Shown here: positions 12,801-26,308 of the stretch, piece after piece
How positions within the stretch are numbered: the first letter of the stretch is position 1
How the letters are laid out: each line of letters starts with the position of its first letter
Source of the DNA: Schmidtea polychroa
Lineage: Eukaryota
Direction: 5' to 3'
Length of the DNA stretch: 64,000 nucleotides
NCBI GenBank assembly: GCA_044892525.1
Contig: CM097885.1
Coordinates: forward strand, 31,436,001 to 31,500,000
Notes under the pieces: generated by a model
What the model was told of the DNA's origin: nothing
The model's input: only the letters and a program-made list of their open reading frames with translations
Database searches by the model: none
Position numbers and translations under genes: made by a program

Positions 12801-13858
12801 TTGTTATTACATTCTGAAATTCGATGGTTGAGTCGGGGCAAAGTTCTTAATAGATTTGTAGTATCTTGATGATATACAAATATTTCTTCACGAAATCGGT
12901 GAAAATGATCTCGAACTCAATGATAAACAATGTTTTTAAGACTTTTGTTCTTAACAGACATAATGAACCATTATAATACTTTCAAAGTACGACTCCAAGG
13001 AAATAACCACACAATTTGGAAAATGTATGAAGAATGTAAGAGTTTTACTTCAAAATTGATATTATTTGAAACTGACATAAAAACTAAAAAATTTCATTTC
13101 TTTCCCTTGTTAAAAAAGGAACATGAAAAAGAAAATATCGATGAGCGCAATCTAGATATGTTCGAAAGTTGGATTTCGGTCATTGAAAGTGAATATGAAA
13201 ATCGGTTTCAAAGTCTTAAGAAACACGGAGAAATGTTTACATTTATAATAAAGCCCGATGAGATAGAAGAAAATATTATAAATTTGCAGTATTTTGAATA
13301 TCTAAGAATTGACAATTTTAGTTTGGAAATGATTGATTTTAAAAGTTCCACATTATGGACGGATAAATTCATGAAATTGCGGAACGATTTGGAAAATACA
13401 GAAGATAATCATTTTCTCATTGATATCAACTTATTGGGCATAACTTCCTACAAGGATTTTATCATTAAAAAATTGGCTTTGCCATTTTATCCACATTCGG
13501 GTCCACTTATAAATGTGAGCAAATATTTTCACAAATGAAAATTATTTTAAGCAAAAACAGGAGCAGGCTAACTATTGAAAATTCAGATGCTTGTGTTCGA
13601 CTTAAAACGACTAACTATAAACCAAACGTGACTAAATTGACGTCACAAGTTCAACATCAGGGGAGCCATTGATATCGTAGAGAAAGTTTATAAATAAAGT
13701 TTATTCAACCATGTTTGTAATTACTTTCTTAATAAAATATATCTTATTATTTACTAAAATGCTGTTTTAATACGAAAATATCTCTGACCCAAAAGTCTCT
13801 TTAATACTCGCATTTTGGTTAATTTTGACCCGCGGCCAAAAAAGGTTGCCGACCCCTG
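12790..13858 (+). mobile_element. 3' part of a hAT (Charlie/SPIN/GTF2IRD2-like) transposon with decayed transposase and right TIR
   Basis: LLHSEIRWLSRGKVLNRF motif, ORF 12930-13538 (LQG...WTDKF), end AAAAAGGTTGCCGACCCCTG. Confidence 0.85.
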
Positions 13859-14219
13859 TTTTAGCGCCTATCGGTATTTAAGTCTTGCCATTGTTTTCTT
13901 CCATAATTAAGTCATTTGAGCGTAATTCGATCAGTCCTATCTGTCGGCATTTACATGTAACACATACCGTTTAGACTATTGCGCAGTGGCAATGTGTTCG
14001 TGATTAAATTTTGGATTAGTTAAATATAGATTTGGCAATAAAGTGTTAGTTTTATTTCCTGTCGAAATTTCATAACGCAAAAAAAAATATGCGTCTATAT
14101 AATCTAATATAATATCGACCTACTTACTACTTGTACTTGACCCCCATTTATTATAGGTCAATTTACATTCTGATATAAAATATATTTTATTATTAAAATA
14201 TGAAAAACAAAAGTCTCAA

Positions 14220-15194
14220 TTATATCGATTTATTTTCAAAATATTTGACCAACCTTTTCTTCCACATCTCCCAAGATTGATTTAAATATTTCCCATGAAC
14301 CAAAAAATCCGTAGCCGGAAATCCATCCCTGTAAACATAAATCAGTCGACCACGACTGATCTGAGATCAATAATTTGACCACAACTCTAATCCATATAAT
14401 ACTTGTTCGTTATTAGCTCTCCCGAAATTATAAGCACCAATATACGCTGCCAATTGTATCGGATCATCGTATGTGTCTTTAAATGCCGAAACTCTTCTGG
14501 GTTCGTTTTTGGTTTTAAATTCTACTATTTCTTTGTTATTTCTAATTGAAAGATTAACAAAAGGAATTTTTCATCATTCACAAACTTAAGTACAATTATA
14601 TTATCTAAAATTCCTTTGTATAATAAAGATGGGTGTGAAACGGTTTTATCATCTCCACAAACTGTTTGTGAGCATGATAAAATCTCTTGGGCACTTTTGA
14701 AAAATCCTTCCACACTCGAATTTAAATAAGGAATTTCTTTATCTTCCAAATATTGATCAAAAATTCTATGAACTTGAGTACCAATGTTCATAACATCTAA
14801 AATCATTTATATATTTTAAAATAATAATACAAATTCAATAACAAAATTTCAAATTACTTATCATGACTTTTGAAAATCATTGAAACATACCTTTTATATA
14901 TTGTTCAAATTTTATTTCTCCCATCTCCTTTATTTTTTTTTCTCGCCATTTTTTTAGCACTATTACTGACTGTAGAGACATTGTATTGTTTAAAATATGT
15001 GTAACAGACATCAAATTATTCACACCGTCTATATTTCGATTAAATTGCTCAAATTTATCTGATGAAATAGGAAAATCTGGAATAATTTCTAAAAGTTTTT
15101 TTGATATACATGAAGAAGAACATTTTTTTATATTTGTATATAAAATCGATTCAAATAGGATACTCGAATGGCAAAATTTGAAAATCATTAACAA
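14220..15194 (-). CDS. MGME1: MGME1-like mitochondrial PD-(D/E)xK exonuclease, at least 4 exons (start codon uncertain)
   Basis: SVTHILNNTM...KKWREKKIKEMG, GTQVH, HPSLLYKGILD, VEFKT, TYDDPIQLAAY; GT-AG introns ~14797-14890, 14542-14585 and 14361-14402 restore the frame. Confidence 0.8.
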
Positions 15195-16499
15195 TTATCA
15201 ATCTAAATTCTAAAAAGTAATTCAAAATTTATAGATAATAAAACAAGCAGCATAATATTTTTATAATTTGATTGTTTTTCACTAATATCCATAAATTAAA
15301 CAAAATTACAAAATAGAGAATAAATATAAATAAAATTTTTAAAGTAAAAATGGGTTCTGAGTAATACAATAAACTTTTCATAATTTAAGGATTTTGAAAG
15401 AATATTTTAACAGGATGTCAAATAGATTGCATACAAATACATTGAAAATATACAAAGTAATATTGAGATGTAAAAAATATCATTATAAGTATTTGGCTCT
15501 TATAATTTTTAGATTATTTAATATTATAAATATTATACAAAGCTCATAATGTACTTTTCTAAGAAAGGGAATGGTGAGCCGTTTGAATGATGCGAGAAAT
15601 GAATGTAGGACGATGGTGCTGAATCACGAGAATTTTAATTAACAACGAATTAATAATTATTCAATAAGTTAGGTCGAAGCAATTAAAAGTAGTAAGAATA
15701 TTAATATCAAGTAAAAGTAAATAGGATCGCTAATAGCGAAACATGTTAACTTAGTTGGATGGGGTACCATGGTTAAAGTGCCCTTACTTCCAGAATTGTT
15801 CTAATACAGTCATAGAAATAATTTAAATGCAACCGATTCCTTTCATCTAGTGATACAAGTAATCGAAAATCTGAGGGCCGACAGAGAATCGAATCCGCAC
15901 AGAAACAAATGAAGGTCAAAAGCACCTCGTTCTGCCCCGCCGAAATGAAGAAGCGGCTACAAATAATTCAGCAATTGGGATTCCAAAGTGAGCTGGACAA
16001 AGTCGAACTGAAAACGCTCCGTCTCCGAGTGTGGCAGTTAGAGACACGGCAAATCCGGTCTGTCTAATTTGAATTAGCAGAATCCGCCAAGCTACAACTG
16101 TCAGGGGGAAAAGAAAATGACCCAGGAAAGCCGAACTTGCCCGGCTCAAAGCGTGTAGAAAGTCGATCCTAGTCAAGTACCGGTTGTCATAAGTTATTCG
16201 TGTTTGTCGATTTCCTTGTAAATAAATAAATTCAAAGGTTTGAAGATTATTTACGTTCATTAAGAACTTCCAGGCTTGAAAAAGGCAAATATTTAGTTAA
16301 AAGTTACTATTAAAGAAGGGACCTAAACGAAAGTCAGATACAGGCCTTCTATTGACAGTGCTTGTCAATTTTAGTGAATCAATGTACTTTTTTTCGCTGG
16401 TACTCATCCATTCGATGCTGTTCCAACGTTGATTACTCAACGGGTATCGAGCGGTACATAATTCTTTTATTTTGGGTTACACCTGAAACAGTACGAAAG

Positions 16500-16960
16500 G
16501 GTAAAATGTGAATTACCTGTAACCCACTACTCGTTGAAATGTTGCTGGGGCTCCTGTGAGTCCAAATGGCCTGAAATTATGTGACATTAGAATTACCCAT
16601 GCTGGTAAAAATGCTGTGATAGGTATTGTTTCATCTTTCAATTTGATGTGGTACAATCCTTTTTGAGCATTCACTACTGAGAAATACCTCCCATTTCTCA
16701 TTCGTCTGTAAATGTAGTCTAATAGTGGGAATGAGTGATTATCTTTGCATGTCGCCTCATTTACCATACGGTAGGGGTTGCATAAACGTACTTATCCGTT
16801 TTTCTTAGCCATTACTATCATTGACGATTGAAAAAGTGATTTACTATGTCTAATTTTCACATGTTTAAGCATCAACTTTACCTGACTATCGACGGATTCC
16901 TCCAAACTAAATGGAATTTGGTAAGGCCTCAACTTTATTGGTTTCGTATTGGTGAGAACA
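16500..16960 (-). pseudogene. Gypsy reverse transcriptase remnant
   Basis: RPYQIPFSLEESV..., YFSVVNAQKGLYHIKL...TAF, PFGLTGAPATFQR with frameshifts. Confidence 0.85.
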
Positions 16961-18560
16961 ATCTCATGTTCTAATAAGTGGTAGGTTACAGATTACCAAA
17001 CATTTTACCTTGTCGTGCTGTTTCCAGTGTAACCCAAAATACAACGATTCTTTACCACTTGAAACCCGTTGAGTGATCAACGTTGGTGATGTCTCAAGAG
17101 GGTGAGTACCAGCAAAAAGTGAGCGCAAAATTTCCGCACTATAATTGGCAACCATTAGATTGGGTTCATGGACTACCCTTAGAAGGTTTATGTTCGCTCC
17201 ACTTGATCCCCGTCGAGAGATTGTGCTCCGATCCCTTACATCACACCCTTCATTCTCCATCTATTATCCACTTTGTGTGCCATATTTGGCATCCACCCTT
17301 ATATATGAGTCGGTAATAACAAAATTTCAAATTACTTATCATGACTTTTGAAAATCATTGAAACATATACCTTTTATATATTGTTCAAATTTTATTTCTC
17401 CCATCTCCTTCTCTAACCTAGCGTTGGAAATATAATAAAAGAACAATAATTAGGCTCGTTCTAATTATTTAATTTAACTGACATTTTATTACAGAATCTT
17501 AATGCACAGAATTAACGCGAAAAGTTTATTAAGTTAACATGAATGGGTACGGGCCGGCTCTGGTAATAGCTGCTGAGTTCGACAGAGCGCCTTCAGACGG
17601 TTCCGAGAATTCCGTACGGGTGCTTCCTCTTGTGTCGGTTCGTAGAGGGTACGGGCGGGTGAAGCTCCACAAGTTCCACCACCATAGAGTAGATCTGTTC
17701 GGTTGTGTCTCGTTCTAGTTTCTGCTGGTGAAGCTCCGTGTAGTAGTTGGACCGGCTGCAGCATCTCTGTTGAGTCTCGTGATACTGAACATTTTCTGAA
17801 AGAAGATCGTTAACAAAGCTATCACATTGTTTTCCTTATCCCTGATTTAAATACTCGTGGCGTTGGCCCTAGCTATTAATTTTGCCGGTCGGCATACATC
17901 TTTAGACCACCAATCCCATCATTCCTCCAAAATCCACATCCAGTCAAACTTTGTATCTTATATTCATTTAGTCTAAATCTTTGGTTTATTTTAGTTGTCT
18001 AATTGTTAAAAATGGAGAGCTAACGACAAAAATTAAAATGTTATCTTAAAGCAAATTAATACTATTTCCTCTTTGTTTTAACTGATAAAACAGTTAATAG
18101 TTATTTACTTAGTAAATTGGTTTCGATGTAATTTAAAATTTTTCAGTAATTTTTATCAATATAATAGTAATTTGGTTTTGATTCGATTTCTAATTTTTTA
18201 AGAGATTTTTACCGGCGTAATTAATACCTGGGCTTACCCTTGATTATAAACTTTTTATGTCCACTTACGATTAGTTAGTTAGCAATTCAGCTAACTTCCA
18301 ACGATTTCCTGGTCTCGGTATGATTATTCTCAACCATTTGGTGATTTGAGGGTACCTCGGGTTAGTAAGGAAGTCAGTTTATCCGACCTGAGATCGTCGT
18401 CATGATCTTGGTTCCGTTCAATTGTGGACGTACCCTATCTGGGTTTTCTTGAGTAGTTTGTGAGGGGGTCATAATATACTTTGATAGTATGGAGATTCTT
18501 GGGTTTTGGGGATTTTGATTGGTGGATATGAATATGTGGGTGTGTGTTATCATTGATATA

Positions 18561-21059
18561 CACTAGAGCTTCGAGTTGCGTTGTCCCAACTTGCGTCCTT
18601 TCGAGTTGCGCCAAAAAAATTTTCGATAACCTAATTTTGAGTTGCGTTGCTAATTTTTGAAATGCGTCGAAAAAAAGTTTTAAAATAAAATTTAATCAAA
18701 AAATAGCATAACGTCTATATTCAAAAATTAAACTTTAAACCGAAACTAGAATGCCATGATTTATTTTTAAATGCAGCTGCAAATGAAATAATTTTTTATT
18801 GTGTATTTATTAGTATAAAAGTCTAGTTCTTAGTTGTTTGCATAACTTATAACTTATAACGTTTAAGTGTTTCTTGCTTTTTTAATAATAATTGTTTTAA
18901 ATTCTAAAAACTCAATTACAATATATATACATTTCTCAAAGGTATTACATTTTGTTTATTGTTTTTTATTATTTTTTTGGTTTGTAATTGATTTTTTGAA
19001 ATATTTTTTATTGCCCTATTGTAGAATAGAATTATGAATCATAAACGATCGTCAGATGAAAATGGTAAAAAATCTACGAAAAGAAATAAAAAAGTAATAT
19101 CTTTGGACGTAAAAGATGATATTTTACAACGTTTCCAAGCGGGAGAAAAAGCGGTTTTCATTGGCAGAGCTCTCGGGCTAGCTCCAACAACAGTAAGAAC
19201 TATCTGCAATCGCGATGCAAAACAAATCAAAACATTATATGAAGCAGCAACAGATTCCCAATTAAAAAGTACTGTTATAAATCGAAATGCATTAATAGTT
19301 AAAATGGAATCTCTACTTTTAATTTGGATTGAACATCAAACTCAAAAAAGTATGCCGCTGAGCAAAATGGTTATTCAAGCCAAAGCCAAATCTATTTACG
19401 ATGATCTGCAAGAAAAACTTCCAATATCGAATAAAGCAATTTATGAACAATTTAACGCTAGTGGTGGATGGTTTGAGCGTTTTAAATTTCGCGGAAATCT
19501 GCACAACATTTGTTTGAAAGGTGAGGCAGCTAGTGTAGATCTCACAGCAGCAAATGATTTTAATCAAATATTGAAGGCTGTTATACAGGAAGGTGGCTAC
19601 AGTTCTAAACAGGTGTTTAATATTGATGAAACAGGTTTGTTTTGGAAACGTCTGCCGAAAAGAACCTATATAGCAAAAACAGAATCTTCTGCACCTGGTT
19701 TTAAAGTAAGTAAAGATCGCCTAACTATACTTCTTGGAGGCAATGCCAATGGTGACTTCAAACTAAAACCATTGTTAGTTTATCAGGCTGAGAATCCTAG
19801 AGCTCTAAAAGGTGTTGATAAAAGAAATCTTCCTGTGCATTGGCGATCTAATAAAAAAGCTTGGGTCACTGTTTCTTTGTTTGTTGATTAGTTGGTCAAA
19901 TGCGCCATTCCTGAGTTCAAAAACTATTGCAAACGGGAAAATTTAACTTTTAAAATATTGGTACTACTGGATAATGCACCAGGACATCCAACATATATAG
20001 ATGATCTATCAGATAATGTAAAATTTTTATTTATGCCTCCAAACACAACTTCACTTATTCAACCAATGGATCAAGGAGTAATCTCAAATTTTAAGTCATA
20101 CTATATTCGCCGGACATTTAAACAGCTACTGCATGCTGCCGATGCAAATGAAGAAACTTCTATGGCTGTATTTTGGAAAAACTACAATATATTGAAAGCT
20201 GTTAAAAATATTGGTGATTCTTGGGCAGAAGTAAAATCCTCTTGTATGAATGGTGTATGGCAAAAAATATGGCCAGAATGTACAGCAACTTTTACGGAAG
20301 TCGACGATGTGCCATTAGTTCGGGCAGAAATAGTTAACTTAGCCCAAAAAGCTCATTTCGAAGGATTGGACGAGGCCGATTTCGATGAAATTTTAAATGT
20401 AGAAGAGGATCTTGATGTTAGTACCGCAGATTTAATTGAAATGGCTCAAAATATTTATGAGAATGACGACAATTCCGTAGAAGTACCAGAAGTGAAACAA
20501 TTAACAACAAATGGTATGGGGAAAGCAATTAAATTAATATCTGAGGCATTAAAAATATTTATTGCAGAAGATCCAGATACTGATCAAAGTACAAAGGTTA
20601 CTCAAGCTGTAGAGGCCTCCATCAGCTGTTATAAAAAAATTTATTTGGATAAAAAACAAAAGGCAGTTCAAATAACTCTGAATAATTTTATAATAAAACA
20701 ACCAAAAGAAAAGCAAACGCCAAGTCCTGAACCAACGTATGAATAAGAATCTGAATAAATTCTATAAATTTATGTTGCTTCATTATTTTACATTATTTTA
20801 AAATTCTATTAATGTTTGCATTAGTTTTTGGTTTAATAAAACTTATTAAATAATAGTTAATCTATTCATACCTATTTTTTATTTAAATATGTAGCAATAT
20901 AACTAAATTTTTTTTAAAAACATGGATTTCAGATTTTATCGGAACCTATTATATAAAAACAAATACAAATGTATACAAAATTAAAATTAGAATTGCGTTG
21001 TTTCGAGATGCGTCGCGATTTATTGGAACGCATTAACGACGCAACTCGAGGCTCTAGTG
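18561..21059 (+). mobile_element. Tigger/pogo DNA transposon, full length (2499 bp)
   Basis: 24-bp TIRs CACTAGAGC(T/C)TCGAGTTGCGT(T/C)GT with TA on both sides. Confidence 0.95.
19034..20746 (+). pseudogene. Tigger transposase (HTH_psq/CENP-B HTH plus DD32D) interrupted by one TAG at 19889-19891
   Basis: ASGGWFERFK, FNIDETG, LLDNAPGH, QPMDQG; the two ORFs are contiguous in frame, stop likely from TGG. Confidence 0.93.
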
Positions 21060-21495
21060 TACTTATATATGACATAGATTAACGGGTGAGGGAGGGGAAT
21101 ATGGGTATTACACAACTTAGAGTGATTACGTCACTGTAATATCGTTGGTTGGAGTTATTGGGGATACTAAAAATAGCATATGGGAATTCAAAAAAAAATC
21201 GATACATTTAGATTATAAATAGATGGAAAAAGTTAGTAAATTTATCTTAATGGGAATAACTTTAAGGGTTGTCGTTATATATTCTAACCATCATAACATT
21301 TTAAATAAAAACGAATAGTGGCAATGATAAAATGATAATAAAGGCAATGAATTTATGGATATTATGGATATTTATGGAATTATGGATAATATATATTTAT
21401 AAAGTGTATTTTTCCAAAATTTGATTAAAAATTTTGACAATAATTGATTAGCAGTATCAAAGAGGACCTTTATAACTGACAGGGGGCACTGAATA

Positions 21496-21498
<3 letters not shown>

Positions 21499-21573
<75 letters not shown>
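21499..21573. repeat. (TA)n microsatellite
   Basis: Seen directly. Confidence 0.95.
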
Positions 21574-21582
<9 letters not shown>

Positions 21583-21674
21583 CTTTTTTCGATAAAATCA
21601 ATTGCAATTTATAATTATTATATATTCAACAATTAATATAATTCCATATATAAATAGGTAGAGAGATTCACAAT

Positions 21675-24600
21675 ATGCTCAAAAAGAAAGTCGACAAAAT
21701 CTTAAGAGTTCTGAGTTTGAATTCGACAGCTTTCAGCGAATATTTCCACATGCTAATGACTGTTCACAACATCAAATCTATTAGAAACGGTACAAAGGTT
21801 TTGATATTTTACTTTTGTTGTGAAATAATCTCGTCCCATATGGCTGATAGAACTGTTATTTACAAACCGATTGTTGCTTTGATAGCATTTATCATTTTTG
21901 TTTGTTTCTTCGGGCTTACAGTTAATGTGGAAAAGACGTCTACAATGATTTCGTTGGCATCAATTATGGTCGTACTATGTATGAGCTATTCGGTTTTAAT
22001 CGGCACCGACGTCGACGAAATGATGGAGTCCCGATTTTCATTAATGGTGGCAGTTATTCTTATGATGTATACCCTGTTTCATTTAAGGTTTCTCATTACC
22101 ATGCTTTTGAGCATTGTCTATATTTTAATTTTCATGTCATCCGTCAATTATCGCCTGGGATTCAACGAAGTTGACGAAAATAACATCACAACATTTGACA
22201 GTGACTTAAGAGCGGTGCGTCACACGTATCACGACATTCCACACAGATATTATATGTTATTTGGGCAAATAATTTTGTTTTTCATGGTTTATTTGACTGG
22301 TCTCTATCTTCGGATTTTCAATTCGATTCGTAGGAAGTCTGCATTTCTTAAGCTTGCTCAAAACGCACAGGCTAAAATGAAAATGGATTCCGCTATAAAG
22401 GTTCAAATATATTGGATAGAAGCCATTATGCCAGCCGCTGTTCGTGGAGAGTTTCTTGAAAGCATTAGATGTAAAGATTTATTTAATCTTGGTTATTGCA
22501 AGCAATTCAAAAATGTAAGCATTTTGTTTGCTGATATTGTCGGATTTACGGCAATGAGTTCAAACAAAACTGCAAAACAATTAGTTTATCTTCTTAACGA
22601 TTTGTACAATCGCTTTGATGATTTTGGAAAAATTACGAATTGCGAAAAAATCGCGACTTTGGGCGATTGTTATTATTGTGTATCCGGTTGCCCTGTACCA
22701 AGATCTGATCATGCGATGTGTTGTGTTGAAATGGGTTTAGGAATGTGTAAAATGATTTTAGCATTTAATACACTTCATAAAGAAGAAGTAAATATGAGAG
22801 TCGGTGTCCACAGTGGCCGAGTTATTGCAGCGATAATTGGAAATTTAAGATTTCGATTTGACGTTTATTCTAACGACGTTTCAATTGCAAATGCGTTAGA
22901 ATCAAGTGGGAAACCGGGGAAAGTTCACATATCCGAGAAAACCTTTAAGCTAGTTTGTCATGCATATACTTTCGTGGGAGGAGAAAACTTAATGGTGACA
23001 AAAGAACAACAATTCGGACTTGAAGGATTACAACCAACCTTGGTTCCAATGCGAACATATTTTGTAGAATCATTTTCAACGGAATATGATGATTATTTTA
23101 AAAGGAATATTATTAATGAATCCAAATCTTATGAAAAAAATGAAGAGAAAAATGATGAATCCAAATCTTATCAAATCGGCATTGATAAATCTGCACTGGA
23201 GTTTAAAATTAGAGATGAAAAAATGAAAAATGATTTAGAATTAATCCGTCACTTGCAAAGCGATCCTGAAAGGACTGTTCAATTCTTTCAAAACCCACCT
23301 TTAAATCCTGTGACATTGACTTTTACGGATAACGAAATCGAATCCCATTTCCAATTTCATGGTGTAGATCAAATACGAGAAATAAATATAAACTCCGTAA
23401 AAGTGGCTTTGTTTTTCGACGCAATTGCTTGTCAGGTTTGCAGCACTTTTGTCATAATTTGTGCGTTTTTACTTAATTTTGAAAGCGGAGGAATTTCAAA
23501 GACAACAGCTCTTATGTATTTGAGTGGAATACCTCTGATAATAATTGCTGGATGGATCTGTCTAGTATATAAAAGTGAAATTCCTTCGGAAATCTTTAGA
23601 AAACTCTTTGTAATTCTCAGTCATCCATTATCAAGGCTATTTATTGCTATATACATTTCCGCCCTTCCAACATTATTGGTTCATACATTATACGACGGGG
23701 AGAAATTATATGATAACTACGAATACACCGTTGGATATTTTACTTTAACCTTCTTTGCATTAATAAGTAATTGTATATTTACCATTTCGTACAGTGTATT
23801 GAAACAAATGTCTACAGCGGCATGCACTGCTGGATCCCTGTATCTTTTGTTAAAATCCCCCCGCGAAGCAGAAATGTACGAATATAAGAGTTGTCTAGAA
23901 TTCTTAATAGATTACATGGAATTACAAACACAAAAGTTGAAGTACTTCTATTCCTTTCAATTGCTACAAATCTGCCTGTTACTTTACTACCTAACACGGG
24001 AAAATGAAAAGAATATTCGAATTTTCTTTTATGCTTCAAGAGAAGCAGAAATAAGAAACGATGAAGCCAGACGAGAGAGAAAAATGGCTGAAAAGTTTCT
24101 CTATAATATCATTCCAAAATATGTTTTTTTCCAAATCACAGGGAGTGCAGATGACAAAAAAAGTACGAAGTTCAGTTATGCAAAAACGATTGTTAACGCT
24201 GGAGTGGTTTTTGCTTCAATCAGTAATTTCTTTTCTGGGTATTACAGAGAAGATTACAAAAGAGGTGAAAACGCTCTCAAAGTGCTGCACAATATTATTT
24301 GTGGATTCGACAACTTACTTCGACTTCCATTGTATAAAGGATTAGAAAAGATTAAAACTGTCAATGATTGCTACATGATGGCGTCGGGATTGAATGCTTC
24401 ATCAAAAGCTTATAGAAACGATCATTTATACAAATTGATGCTGTTTTCATTTGATCTATTAAATCAACTCGCAACTTATAATGAGGAAAATATTATCGGA
24501 AACAAACATTTTTATTTAAAGATTGGTTACAATTTTGGACCGGTAACGGCTGGAATTATTGGAACATCTAAACCCCTGTATGATATTTGGGGGGACACTG

Positions 24601-24890
24601 TCAATGTGGCTAGTAGAATGTATAGTACAGCTCCGGCTGGAAGGATTCAAGTTTCGGATTATGTGCAAAAATATTTGTCAACCCATTTTCAATTTGAATA
24701 CAGAGGAAGTGTATTTATGAAAGGCAAAGGAGACGTTGAAACATATCTAGCAGTGAAGCCTTTTCAAACTTCCATGATATATAAAAATGGTAGAGCAAAA
24801 TCGTTTAGAGGTAAATTATTTGAAAAGCATTATTTCTCAATTAATTTTTGGATATTTTGGATATTTTGTATAATCTTACATTCACACTAA
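21675..24890 (+). CDS. ADCY9: Transmembrane adenylate cyclase, type 9-like (possible intron donor near 24810)
   Basis: TM cluster-C1-TM cluster-C2; VSILFADIVGFT, CEKIATLGDCYYCVSGCP, EKIKTVNDCYM, YDIWGDTVNVASRM. Confidence 0.88.
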   Translation: MLKKKVDKILRVLSLNSTAFSEYFHMLMTVHNIKSIRNGTKVLIFYFCCEIISSHMADRTVIYKPIVALIAFIIFVCFFGLTVNVEKTSTMISLASIMVVLCMSYSVLIGTDVDEMMESRFSLMVAVILMMYTLFHLRFLITMLLSIVYILIFMSSVNYRLGFNEVDENNITTFDSDLRAVRHTYHDIPHRYYMLFGQIILFFMVYLTGLYLRIFNSIRRKSAFLKLAQNAQAKMKMDSAIKVQIYWIEAIMPAAVRGEFLESIRCKDLFNLGYCKQFKNVSILFADIVGFTAMSSNKTAKQLVYLLNDLYNRFDDFGKITNCEKIATLGDCYYCVSGCPVPRSDHAMCCVEMGLGMCKMILAFNTLHKEEVNMRVGVHSGRVIAAIIGNLRFRFDVYSNDVSIANALESSGKPGKVHISEKTFKLVCHAYTFVGGENLMVTKEQQFGLEGLQPTLVPMRTYFVESFSTEYDDYFKRNIINESKSYEKNEEKNDESKSYQIGIDKSALEFKIRDEKMKNDLELIRHLQSDPERTVQFFQNPPLNPVTLTFTDNEIESHFQFHGVDQIREININSVKVALFFDAIACQVCSTFVIICAFLLNFESGGISKTTALMYLSGIPLIIIAGWICLVYKSEIPSEIFRKLFVILSHPLSRLFIAIYISALPTLLVHTLYDGEKLYDNYEYTVGYFTLTFFALISNCIFTISYSVLKQMSTAACTAGSLYLLLKSPREAEMYEYKSCLEFLIDYMELQTQKLKYFYSFQLLQICLLLYYLTRENEKNIRIFFYASREAEIRNDEARRERKMAEKFLYNIIPKYVFFQITGSADDKKSTKFSYAKTIVNAGVVFASISNFFSGYYREDYKRGENALKVLHNIICGFDNLLRLPLYKGLEKIKTVNDCYMMASGLNASSKAYRNDHLYKLMLFSFDLLNQLATYNEENIIGNKHFYLKIGYNFGPVTAGIIGTSKPLYDIWGDTVNVASRMYSTAPAGRIQVSDYVQKYLSTHFQFEYRGSVFMKGKGDVETYLAVKPFQTSMIYKNGRAKSFRGKLFEKHYFSINFWIFWIFCIILHSH

Positions 24891-25199
24891 AATACAATTA
24901 AAAAGTGTTGTTTACCGAGGGGTAATGAGTGGACACTGGCTCACAGTAGCGGTTAGTTCTCATTATCACTTATACATTAGTAGAGAGTACAACAGGCTAG
25001 AATTAGATGTTTCAAATTCTTTATTCTGACTCGTGATCTTTATCTTACAACATGTAAAGTTAGGATGCCAAGTGTCCTGATGATGTCCTACTAGTCTTTG
25101 TTTTTGAAGCAAATATTTTTTAATGTTTTTAAAATTTTGTAAAAAATGTTGAACCCATGAAACCTTTATTTATCTAGGTTGTTACTGTCCAGTATAAGA

Positions 25200-25900
25200 A
25201 AGCTAAATCACTAAATTAATTATTAAAACCTTCATTGCGATCAAACTTTGATTGTAAGAGTAATATGGAATTTACGTTCTGTATTGCACAGTTGAATAGA
25301 CTAAGTGCAGATCAGATTATGGTTTCGTTTGATGTTTGTAGTTTGTTCACTCATGTTCCACGTGTGGAAACGATTGACCTATGGACAATTACAGTTGAAT
25401 GGGATGGGATTCCATGAATTTCTTGAGTTTGCCACTTTCTAAATTAATTTTTCTCTTCAATATTGAATGTTATAAGCAACTTGATGTAATTTAAATGGCC
25501 TACCCTTTAGTATCAACAACGGATTTAATATTTATTGTAATTTTAGGAGAGAATATTGCTGTTTTTCCAATTTGAGAAATCATGGTTTATAAACGGTATA
25601 TAGATGATATTTTCTTATATTTGTAAACTATTTACATGTACAGCTCTTTCTTCATCATACGAATAGTTTGCATAAAACATTGTGTTCACTTATAAAATGG
25701 AGAGAAAATCACCTATTGAATTCTTGGACTTGTTTATCTGGCACAAGGATAATAACTATAATACAGATTTATATAACACCAACTTTTATCGTTCATGGTC
25801 TTTCTCCTGATTGTAATAATGCAGTAAAAAATTGAAATTCTTTATACACAGAATGTCAACACCAATGTATTTCTTAAGATTTTCACAATAGTCACTTTCT
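25200..25900 (+). pseudogene. Penelope-like element RT remnant
   Basis: MVSFDVCSLFTHVP, YKQLD, YKRYIDDIF, EFLDL motifs with stops and frameshifts. Confidence 0.75.
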
Positions 25901-26191
25901 ACTGTGAAAAAGTTACATTTCAAGACAGTGCAAGATCGCACTACTGATAAAGGAAATAAGTAAAAACCTTAAGAAACCTCTCTGACATAAACTTCATATG
26001 CGCTTTCTACAAATTGGGTATCCTGACAAATTTGTTTCAAAATATTTTCTAATAACACCACCTTAATAGAGGTAACACTGGGACAGCGATGGTGAACCTT
26101 TTTGACAAAGGGGTCACAATTGAATTTATTTTTTGAAAATGTCAACCTACGGGTCAAGTATTATTTTAGTTATTAAAAATTCATATATATA

Positions 26192-26308
<117 letters not shown>

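Noticed and set aside
25060..25115. Possible hammerhead ribozyme (CTGATGA) beside the Penelope remnant
   Set aside because: No convincing GAAA core or stem II/III pairing by eye
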